Source: Candidatus Brocadia sp.
GTDB taxonomy: Bacteria; Planctomycetota; Brocadiia; Brocadiales; Brocadiaceae
Length of the DNA stretch: 32,000 bases
Assembly (NCBI GenBank): GCA_021650915.1
Contig: CP091279.1
Location: 3,120,001-3,152,000, forward strand
Direction: 5' to 3'
Shown here: positions 9,328 through 18,300 of the stretch, piece by piece
Position numbering within the stretch: the first letter of the stretch is position 1
Layout: each line of letters opens with the position of its first letter
Notes under the pieces: generated by a model
The model's database searches: none
Told to the model about the DNA's origin: nothing
What the model saw: the letters and a program-made list of their open reading frames with translations, nothing else
Position numbers and translations under genes: made by a program

Positions 9328-9648
9328 CTACCCAAGTATCTGTCTGATAAGCTTATGATAGTTGGAGAAATCATCCAATCGATCATAGTCTGCTTCCAAC
9401 CCTAATCTCACTGCCGATAAGACCAGGATATGCCACAATTCCATCCCATATCTCCCCGTCTTTTTCTCCCCCTTCAGCACCTTCTCCTCTAAAATCTTGA
9501 ATACCTCTTCGTTCAATTCCGGGGTAATGTAGATATATTGCAATGCCCTCAATATCGGCGGTAGCTCATCCCCGCTTTTTAACGGTAGTTTTACTTCTGA
9601 AATGGATATGACTCCCAGCTTCCTCTGCTGCTCAAATCGCTTTCTCAT
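9328..9648 (-). pseudogene. N-terminal fragment (106 aa) of an ISNCY/IS5-like transposase
   Basis: MRKRFEQQRKLG...TGRYGMELWHILVLSAVRLGLEADYDRLDDFSNYHKLIRQILG matches, from memory, the N-terminal region of ISNCY-type transposases. The ORF ends after about 106 aa with no catalytic domain. Confidence 0.5.
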
Positions 9649-9843
9649 CTTTTCACGAATGTCCTTTGCCTTTTTTGTTTATGCGTCGAATATGAGGACT
9701 CTTCCTCCTAAGAATCCCTTCATTTTCACCCTATTTTACCCTTTTGTCCGTAAATATTCAACGACTTTCATGAATACCTTTCACCTGCTTAGCCTTATTT
9801 TACAGGGCTTTTTAGTGTTTTCGTTCAAACACCAGATAGTTCC

Positions 9844-11483
9844 TAACCCGACATTCGCAATTCGCGTCCAAAAAAGGTTATTTTTGTGCAGGTATCGCCT
9901 GGAACCCCTTGAAATTCAAGGGGTGAATTTTCAAAACGGCTTGTAGTGCCGACCTACCCTATTGACGTCTTCACGGTGTCGTGAGAAAATGTTGGCATGT
10001 TTCTCCGGGAAAAGACACGAACGAAGGATGGGAAAACCCACCGTTATTGGAGCGTGGTAGAGAACCGCCGGGTCAGCGGAAGAAGGGTGGTGCAGCGGCA
10101 GGTTCTCTCTTTGGGAGAACTCAATGACAATCAACGGGCTGGGTGGGTTTGGACGATAGAGGTGGTGTCGGGTAAAGAACCCAGGCCAAGACAACTGGCG
10201 TTGTTTCCCCGGACGACCAGGAAGCCATGCCGATACCGGATGGTGAGACCGTTCGGGTGAGGTTGGACAAAATAGAGCTGCGCCATCCACGGGAGTGGGG
10301 AGCAAGCTGGTTGGGATTGTATGTATGGAATATGCTGGAACTGGACACATTCTGGAGGATGCGTCTGCCGTCAAGCCGGAAGGGAACAAGCTGGCTGAAT
10401 ATCCTGAAGGCGCTTGTCTGTTACCGGTTGACCGATCCGGGAAGCGAATTTCGTTTTCACCGTGAGTGGTACGTGCGGAGCGCAATAGGCGATCTGCTGG
10501 GAGAGGATTATTCCCTGGCGCAGAAGGACAAGGCGTATCGTTGTTTGGATTTGTTGCTTGAGCATCGGGACGAGTTGTTTGCCTATTTAAAGGAGAAGTG
10601 GGGAAAACTCTTTGGGGCGAAGTACGATGTGCTGCTGTATGATTTGACGAGTACGTATTTTGAGAGTGAACCGCCACCGGCTGGATCGGGGAGTAAGAAG
10701 CGGTTTGGATATAGCCGGGACAAACGTTCGGATTGCGTGCAGGTGGTAGTGGCGTTGGTGTTGACGCCGGAAGGATTTCCCGTAGCCTACGAAGTGTATC
10801 CGGGCAATACCAGAGACACCGCAACGCTGGAGGAATTTCTGGATCGGATTGAAAAGCAGTATGGGAAATTCCGGCGCACCTGGCTTATGGATCGCGGTAT
10901 TCCAACGGAGGAGATGTTGGAAAAGATGCGTGAGCGCGGGATTGATTATTTGGTTGTGACTCCGAAGGGGCATTTGACGAGAGTAGAAAAACCGCTACTC
11001 GAACAAACCTGGATGCGGGCGAGGGAGAGCGTCCGCGTGAAAGTTCTTCGGCAGGAATCGGAGTTTTACGTTTACGTGGAAAGCCATGACCGGGTGTCTA
11101 AGGAGCGTGCCATGCGTAGGCGCAGGCTCAAACGTTTGTGGATGGGTCTGCGCGAACTTCGCAATCGAAAAGCCCTCACGCGCGATGACCTGCTCATGCA
11201 TATTGGCGCGTTAAAGAAAGAAGCCGGACGCGACTACAGACTGGTCACCATCTCCATTCCCAAACCGCAGGAGCCGGTCAATGAGAATACGTTCCGGTTC
11301 AGTTTGGATCGGGAACGCCTGAGGCAGGCGTATCGGCGCGAGGGGCGTTATTTGCTTCGTTCCAACATGCAGGCCACCGCGCCAGAAACCGTCTGGGAAA
11401 ATTATTTGCTGTTGACGCGAATTGAACAGGCATTTAAGGACTTGAAGGGATCACTTCCCATCCGCCCCATCTGGCACCAATAG
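9844..11483 (+). mobile_element. IS1634-family element, copy A: left terminal repeat present, frameshifted, 3'-truncated
   Basis: The left terminal IR taacccgacattcgcaattcg (9844-9864) matches the + strand sequence of copy B at 14699-14719 at 20 of 21 positions, so it is inverted relative to that copy's 3' end. GC is visibly higher than the flanks. Homology to copy B stops at about 11481, where an intron-like sequence begins. Confidence 0.75.
9997..11483 (+). pseudogene. IS1634-family DDE transposase, frameshifted (9997..10260 then 10227..11483) and C-terminally truncated
   Basis: MFLREKTRTKDGKTHRYWSVVENRRV N-terminus. YDLTSTYFE, GYSRDKRSDCVQVVVALVL and WLMDRGI DDE-region motifs. The frame changes at the C-run tttccccgg (~10205-10212). 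The protein stops at ...IRPIWHQ, whereas copy B continues for about 95 more residues. Confidence 0.8.
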
Positions 11484-11673
11484 AAAGCGTCGGGGAGGGA
11501 AAGGAAGAGGCCGAGGTGCAGACCATCAGAGATGGCCAAATGCGTACTTTGCTAATCTTGGGTTGTTCACATTAACCGCAGCCCATGCATTAGCCTGTCA
11601 ACCCCGAAGGGGTAACTACTGACTGGAGACCCGCCTGTACGGTTCGGAGGGAGGGGAGGCGAAAGCCTGCTAT
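11484..11673 (+). mobile_element. Group II intron 3' remnant (tail of the intron-encoded protein, degenerate domain V, domain VI-like GNRA hairpin)
   Basis: The frame ending at TGA 11620-11622 reads ...ADHQRWPNAYFANLGLFTLTAAHALACQPRRGNY*. The (L)PNAYFxxLGL tail is typical of intron maturases. It is followed by ctggagacccgcctgtacggttcggaggg (only the GTACGGTTC 3' half of domain V is present) and the gaggc-gaaa-gcctgc hairpin, ending in ...ctat. Confidence 0.5.
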
Positions 11674-11723
11674 TGTCATACATTTAATTATCTGTATTTT
11701 AATGAAACGTTATACTATTATGT

Positions 11724-11912
11724 ATGACAACAGAAGCGAGTATAAAAGAGAAGTTGCTGTACGTATGACCTTATTTGAATGAGCGTTTACGCCGGGTTCT
11801 TGCCGTGGCAGAAGCAAAACAGATTGGATGTGGGGGGATTTCTTTGGTGAGTCGGGCTAAGAAAGTCTTGATCCGGATGGGTGACTGGTGCGGATTTATA
11901 ATCCGTAACTGA
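11724..11912 (+). pseudogene. ISAzo13-like transposase N-terminal remnant with in-frame stop
   Basis: MTTEASIKEKLLYV*PYLNERLRRVLAVAEAKQIGCGGISLVSRAKKV resembles the LxERxRRLWAAxEAxALGxGGISxVSRATG N-terminus of ISAzo13 transposases. There is an in-frame TGA at 11766-11768 and no catalytic region follows. Confidence 0.45.
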
Positions 11913-12092
11913 AAAACCTGAAAATATAGGTGCGGTCAATGGGATGAATGCTTGCCAGACAATAAAATCATTTTGTTTGATAATGCAAAAAATCTGCGAT
12001 TTTTGCTACAGAAAATCTTTTTCGCTGGACAAAAGCCTTCTAATGGGTGCCCCCCAAGCCCCTCCCTGATGCAACTAACGTTGGAGTTCAGC

Positions 12093-12123
12093 GGCGGCAA
12101 TAAAGCGCAGCGGAATTGCCGCC
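12093..12123. repeat. Perfect 9-bp stem hairpin (ggcggcaat / attgccgcc, 13-nt loop)
   Basis: Read directly from the sequence. It lies 23 nt downstream of the minus-strand methyltransferase stop. No U-tract follows on either strand. Confidence 0.5.
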
Positions 12124-12145
12124 CGGTGGAGCGTTTGGTTGGCGG

Positions 12146-12781
12146 TCAACTGAATTCGCAAGAAACAAAAAAGTCCATTGTAAACCCAGCAATTCTATTC
12201 TTCACTATTCTATATTCGTTAATGCCAGCGTCAGCGAGAAGTGATTTTAAAGTGTTCAGGCTCAAAAGATACATATAATCGCCTGACGCCCACGTTTTTC
12301 CTATTAAATTTAAATATTTATCAAATACAATTTTTGGCAAATAATGGAGCAACATCGTGCGTGTATGCACCTCAACTGGAAAATACTTGTTGGGTGTTGT
12401 AAAGAATGCTCGCCTGGAAACTCTTTTAATCTCTTTAAGGAAGAGAAGTTGTTTGTCCCGACTTCCAACATGTTCGATTACAGCATTTGACCACGTCACA
12501 TCGAATGCCTTGTCTTCAAATGGGAATTTCGCGCCATTGTATTGAACACTATTTACGGATGGATAGCGTTCCTTGAACTTAATCGGGGCGTCTATGCCAA
12601 GGGCGGTCAACATATTTGGATACGGATAATGTTTCTCTATGTAATTATCTGTACCGCTATATTCATTTTCGCTAAAGCCTATATCTAAAACGCGTAATAT
12701 AGGGCTTGGAGATATTTCTTTAAGGAAAGCTCGCCACTTTCTGTCACGATTGTACTTCGATACTCGGTGCGCCAATGACAT
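12146..12781 (-). CDS. Class I SAM-dependent methyltransferase (Methyltransf_11-like)
   Basis: ILRVLDIGFSE (motif I-like), FPFEDKAFDVTWSNAVIEHV and FLKEIKRVSRRAFFTTPN (post-II/III motifs). aaggag RBS lies 9 nt before the ATG. Confidence 0.75.
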   Translation of the reverse strand: MSLAHRVSKYNRDRKWRAFLKEISPSPILRVLDIGFSENEYSGTDNYIEKHYPYPNMLTALGIDAPIKFKERYPSVNSVQYNGAKFPFEDKAFDVTWSNAVIEHVGSRDKQLLFLKEIKRVSRRAFFTTPNKYFPVEVHTRTMLLHYLPKIVFDKYLNLIGKTWASGDYMYLLSLNTLKSLLADAGINEYRIVKNRIAGFTMDFFVSCEFS

Positions 12782-12829
12782 AATTATTTTCTCCTTCTGT
12801 TACACCTAACACTGTTGTTAATAAGTTTT

Positions 12830-14145
12830 GGTTCTTCTCCCAATTAGTCAATAAGAATTGAGAAGAAAATCCTTTAAATCATTGAAAAGAGTGGACATTT
12901 GGTGTTTCCTATAGATAGATATATACCGTTCTATAAACTATTTACAGGAGACCAGCAATGTCCACGTTAAGTATATTACCATATTTTCCTTTTCAGCGGG
13001 TAAGAATTACGCAGCAAACTGTTTTTCCTGATGCTGAGATATCTCAGCTTACTGCCGTGCCCGATGAACGATTTCGCCCAATATGTCATGCGTGTGGCAG
13101 CAAAGCACAGCGCATTTACCGCCATGACAAACGATCTTTGCGGGATCTGAATCCTGGTTCAGTTCGCGTATGGATAAATTGTTCGTATCGTAAGATAGCC
13201 TGTGAGTCATGCAATCGAATTGTAGTTGAAGACTTGGGTTTTTTTCAACCCTACAGTCGTGTTACGCATCGTTTAGCAGCGTATATTCACGAATTGTGTA
13301 AAGTGTTAACCGTAACCGAAGTTGCAAAACATTTTGGAATTAACTGGAAAACCGTAAAAACCATCGACAAGTTTTTTCTGGAACGACAATACGCGCAGAC
13401 AGATTATCAGAATCTTCGCATACTGGCGGTAGACGAAATCTCTGTTAAGAAGGGACAGCGCTATTTGACTGTTGTTCTGGACTATCTGAGTGGCCGCGTA
13501 GTCTGGGTGGGAAAGGAAAGAACAAAAGAAACGCTGGGAACCTTCTTTGCGGGTATGACAGAGGAACAAAGGCAGGCGCTTGAGGCCATTGCCATGGATA
13601 TGTGGGATCCTTATATTCATGCAGTAAAAAAGCACGTGCCTCATGTTAAGATAGTCTTTGACCTGTTTCATGTGGTTTCAAGTTTTGGTAAAGTTATTGA
13701 CAAGGTGCGAAATGCTGAATACCAAAAAGGGTTCAAAATATCTTTTGTTAAAAAACAAACGAAATATTCGCAGGAAAAAACATCGAGAACATCTCAAACA
13801 GCTCTTGTCGCTTAATGAAACCATAAATACCGTTCTGATTCTTAAAGATAAGCTCAAACATATTTGGACCTATACCTCACGGACGTGGGCGAGAAAAGCC
13901 ATTGATGAATGGAGCCTCCTGGCGAAAACGCTCAACTATTCTGTCGTGAATACGTTTGCAAATATGCTTACAAAATACAGCTACGGAATCTTGAATCACT
14001 GCGATTATAAAATTCATACCAGTAAACTCGAAGGGGTTAATAATAAGATCAAAGTTATCAAAAGAAAAGCTTATGGATTTCATGACGAACGGTACTTTTC
14101 ATTAAAAATTATACAAGCTTTTGCAAACTAATTGGGAGAAGAACC
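12830..14145 (+). mobile_element. ISL3-family insertion sequence (1316 bp) with perfect 18-bp terminal inverted repeats
   Basis: ggttcttctcccaattag (12830-12847) is the exact reverse complement of ctaattgggagaagaacc (14128-14145). The transposase stop lies inside the right repeat. The flanking 8-mers differ (taagtttt vs tattaatc), so no target duplication is visible. Confidence 0.85.
12958..14131 (+). pseudogene. ISL3-family transposase, split by a frameshift (12958..13815 and 13658..14131)
   Basis: N-terminal zinc-finger-like CHACGS...CESC, then LAVDEISVKKGQRYLTVVLD and AIAMDMWDPY (DDE_Tnp_ISL3). The sequence continues in another frame as GSKYLLLKNKRNIRRKKHREHLKQLLSLNE...GVNNKIKVIKRKAYGF. 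The frame switch is near the A5 run at 13724-13728. Confidence 0.85.
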
Positions 14146-14486
14146 TATTAATCGTCTCATAATAGAACACACATTAAGCTGTCCGTTTAGCGCTTCAATA
14201 TTGGAGAAGGAAAGCATACGACGAATCAATACAATTATGAGGCCCTTAATAAGTTTTCTATACTTATGCAAAAAGGCATAGTGCATGTCAAGCAAAAAAC
14301 ATTTATGTCAGGGTAACGTCAAAATCAGAACAACCAATACCGAGGGAATACGGAGGCGGGTGAAAGAAAAGGGAAAATGAGCGAAGAGATAAAAAAGAGG
14401 GAAAAATGTTTGAAAGAGACAAGGGAGTTCTCCTAAGTCTTAAAAAGATAGGAGAAAGACGATGGAAAAAGATAACCAAAGAGGAA

Positions 14487-14699
14487 TTATAAGCGAAAGA
14501 GTCTCAAGGCGAGGTAAGGTTTATAGGGTATCATTCTGAGCGTTTTTGCAAGGGAAGCCTTTGTCAGAAGATGAAGGATACTGATAATGCCGTTTCTTAG
14601 GGTAGCAAAGACCCGTGGTGCGTGAGTGGAATGGTCTTCGCGAAAAGTGACGTCACGAACATAGTGGAGGCTGTTTTCAATGCTCCAGTGATTGCGGTT
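14487..14699 (-). pseudogene. C-terminal ~70-aa fragment of an ISAs1/IS4-like (H-repeat type) transposase
   Basis: The minus-strand frame reads NRNHWSIENSLHYVRDVTFREDHSTHAPRVFATLRNGIISILHLL...*. The HWxIENxLHxxxDVxFxED motif is characteristic. The upstream part is replaced by the end of IS1634 copy B at about 14699. Confidence 0.55.
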
Positions 14700-15367
14700 A
14701 ACCCGACTTTCGCAATTCGAGGGGTATGCAACCCGCTAAGCCAGTAAAATCAAGGGGTCATGCAAAAAGGTCGGCACTATAGACCGACCTGTCCGGATGC
14801 GTAAACCTTGGGCGGCGGTTGTTCTGAAAGCGTTAATCCCAATTGTGCCAAAAGAAGTAAAACGTCCTTCTCCAGCAGGGTATAACGGCTCATGACAATA
14901 TGACGGTCATCCGTGATCGGTAAATGAACGTTTATCATTTGAATGCCCGACAGTTTTTCCAAAATCGCTTCAGACGTCAGCCCGCCGGCCCGTCCTCGCG
15001 CAAGATTTCGCAGTGGCGTGTGGAGACAAAAGGCCAAAAAGGAAACAAAGATATGGGCTTCAATTCTCCGTTCCAATTGGTGCCATAGGGGGCGGAGGGA
15101 AAGAGACCCCTTTAAGTCCTTAAATGTCTGTTCTATCCGCGTCAACAGCAAATAGTTTTCCCAGACGGTTTCTGGTGCGGTGGCTTGCCTGTTGGAACGA
15201 AGCAAACAACGCCCCCGCACCCGATATGCCTGCCTCAGGCGTTCCCCGATCCAAACTGAACCGGAAGGCATTCTCGTTGATCGATTCCTGCGGTTTGGGA
15301 ATGAAGATCGTGACCAGCCTGAAGTCTCGTCCGGCTTCCTTCGTTAATGTGTCAATATGTATGAAGC
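14699..15367 (-). mobile_element. IS1634-family element, copy B: 3' third only, frameshifted, with its right terminal repeat
   Basis: ORFs 15120..15371 and 14777..15271 are homologous to copy A residues ~LKKEAGRDYRL...PIWHQ, but diverged and broken by an extra g (cgg gga acg vs cgg gaa cgc). They extend to the native C-terminus ...KVYASGQVGL*. The terminal repeat taacccgactttcgcaattcg is at 14699-14719. Confidence 0.75.
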
Positions 15368-18300
15368 TCACAGGGCATTGAACAAATCTGATATTTCCTG
15401 GCTGCTCAATGCCCGATTATAAATGCCTAATTCGTCAACGAGACCGCTGAAATAAGACCCGTTGAAATTTCCATCTCTGCCTATTGCAATTCCACCTGCT
15501 GTATAGCAAATAGTTCCTGCAGATGCGGAGGCAACCTGAACACTATCAATGTATAACCTGACTCTGGAACCATCATAAACGCCAACTGCATGGTGCCATG
15601 CATTGTCGTTATAGGCAATCGGAGAGATTGCTCTAAATAAGGTTGCAGCAGAGTTATAAATCCAGAAAGAAATCCTTCCGGAAGACCGAACTTCGAGGCC
15701 GTATCCATACGGTCGTTTACGAAGGATTATCCCATTGCTGTCTGTGGTCTTAAACCATACAGAGACGGAAACCGTGTTTGGCTGAAGAGATAACGGGTCG
15801 CCAAGATTGACATAATCGTTAGCGCCGTCAAAACTTAATCCGTCTCCGCTCCTTCCTGTGGTCCAACTGGCTCCATAGATTGTTCCGTTATTGCCATTGC
15901 CTGATGAGTCAGTAGCAATCGTTCCGCTTTCCTCATTGAAATTGTAGAGGGCAGTTGCATCCATGGTGGTTTGTGGAATGCTCACGGTTATAGTATCGCT
16001 ATTGGTATTATTTGCCCTATCTCGTGCCGTTATGGTAATGATATTGTCACCGTTGGATAAAGTGATACCGGAAATTGACCAACTGGTAGTTCCACTGGCC
16101 GTCCCGCTTCCGCCGCGATTATTACTCCATGTTACACTATTTACACCAGATCGGCTATCTGAGGCGCTTCCTCCAAGACTTACCGTCCCGCCTGTTATTG
16201 TATAAGTGGAATTGGATGTGGGACTGGTAATTGTTACCGCGGGGTTAGTTGTATCCAGGGTAATGGAATCACTGGCCGTCGTTGATACATTTCCGGTCGC
16301 ATCCTTATACCAGACATATACCGTCTTACTGCCATCGCCGCTGCTCAAAGTGTAGGGAACATTAGCGCTATAACTGGTTGAAGACGCCACAGTAGTCCAG
16401 CCTGGGGCTGACGCCGAAGGTACGCTTGAACTGGTAGAGAGGTAATATCCCGTTATCCCTGTATTATCCGTAGCTGAAAGCGCTAAGGTTGCTGTGGTGG
16501 AGTCGGTGTAAGTGTTTCCACCATTAATAATCACTGAACAGTTGGGTGGTGTGGTGTCTCCCGTTGTGCGGGTGACTGTAATGATATCGCTATTGGTATT
16601 GTTTGCCCTATCTCGTGCCGTTACGGTAATGATATTGTCACCGTTGGATAAAGTGATACCGGAAATTGACCAACTGGTAGTTCCACTGGCCGTCCCGCTT
16701 CCGCCGCGATTATTACTCCATGTTACACTATTTACACCAGATCGGCTATCTGAGGCGCTTCCTCCAAGACTTACCGTCCCGCCTGTTATTGTATAAGTGG
16801 AATTGGATGTGGGACTGGTAATTGTTACCGCGGGGTTAGTTGTATCCAGGGTAATGGAATCACTGGCCGTCGTTGATACATTTCCGGTCGCATCCTTATA
16901 CCAGACATATACCGTCTTACTGCCATCGCCGCTGCTCAAAGTGTAGGGAACATTAGCGCTATAACTGGTTGAAGACGCCACAGTAGTCCAGCCTGGGGCT
17001 GACGCCGAAGGTACGCTTGAACTGGTAGAGAGGTAATATCCCGTTATCCCCGTAGTATCTGTAGCTGAAAGCGCTAAGGTTGCTGTGGTGGAGTCGGTGT
17101 AGTCAGCGCCGCTGTTAATGATTATGGAACCGTCAGGCATCGAATTGGTTAACAAAGTAAAAATATATCCACTACCCTGAGATTGGCCATTACTGGAAGG
17201 GATACTAACTTCGTTCCTTAACCGAATTTCATCACCGACGATAGTAACGTCAGCACTCCCGTCTCCGGATTCCATGAAGTAGCCATCGACGTGTTGCACT
17301 GAAGTTACCGTCTCGCCCGGATTAAGTTTTATAACGCCATTGTGTGTGATAAATACCGCAAAGAGTTTCCCTGTCTTTGGATGGCGGGAATACATCACAT
17401 GAGGGTCGGTATAGCTTTTTGTGCTTCTATATACTGTTCCATCCCATGAACGGTTAGTAAGGGGGACATTATTCAGATTATCCCAGTTCGGCAAACACCG
17501 GATAAGTTTAAGTCGGGGATATACTGCTGTAATGGTCTGAAAATTAGGCATGGTGTCCGCACCTCCAAATCGCCCAAACCAATTATACCATGCCCCATTG
17601 ATGCCAGCCTTGGCGGCTAAAAGACGATTCTCATTTTCTGCCACCCTGCTTGATTGAGAAACACCAACTTCATCTCTTGTGATGCTTAACCCTGAATTAA
17701 AATTATTGCTGTCATCCACAAACTGGGTACCATTGCCTGTTTCTTGTGTTAGCATATCGGGGGTCAACTCACTCCTGTCTGCCCGATCTTTTACCTGATC
17801 TATCCACTCATCTATATACCAGTTATATATGGTGTTTCTATTATCGTATAGTCGAGCAGGCTCCATTATCCATTTGGCATCGGGAAATTCCTGTCTCATT
17901 CGTGCCGTTAATTGTTTATAATAAGCGGCCATTCCTTCGGTGTAGGTCGCATATTCATGGGTGATATTGCTATGCACCAGGCCTGAATCCACCCCTGTCC
18001 AATGCGCTAAGGTAACCTGTATATTATCATTATCCCAATAGAAAAAAGGGCCGGTAAATATGCCTACGTCATCGGCAAGTCCTGCAAAGGTAAATGGCAG
18101 ATTCGTATCTTCATAACTTCTAAACAGAGTTATTGCCTTCTCGACAACCTCGTCAATGACTGCTTGCTGCTGAAAATCCCACATGATGGAAATTATTGAT
18201 GGATTGCCAAAAAACCATCCGGTTGCAAGATTATTTGGAAAAGGCTCGTAGCTTTTCCATACCATGTGTTGCTCATACCAGGCCTTTTCTGCAGCCGTAT

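Noticed and set aside
9931-10824. 297-aa minus-strand ORF (Pro/Ser/Thr/Arg-rich)
   Set aside because: It lies antisense to the IS1634-like transposase. Its low-complexity composition is typical of a shadow ORF in GC-rich DNA, and it has no recognisable motifs.
11952-12278. 108-aa plus-strand ORF
   Set aside because: It overlaps the 3' end of the minus-strand methyltransferase and the hairpin region. There is no RBS and the composition is not protein-like.
12819-14256. 12-nt repeat ttaataagtttt at 12819 (ISL3 left flank) and 14245, considered as a target-site duplication or att site
   Set aside because: The second copy is 100 bp away from the ISL3 right end, so it is not a flank duplication. 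A handful of identical 12-mers are expected by chance in 32 kb of AT-rich DNA.
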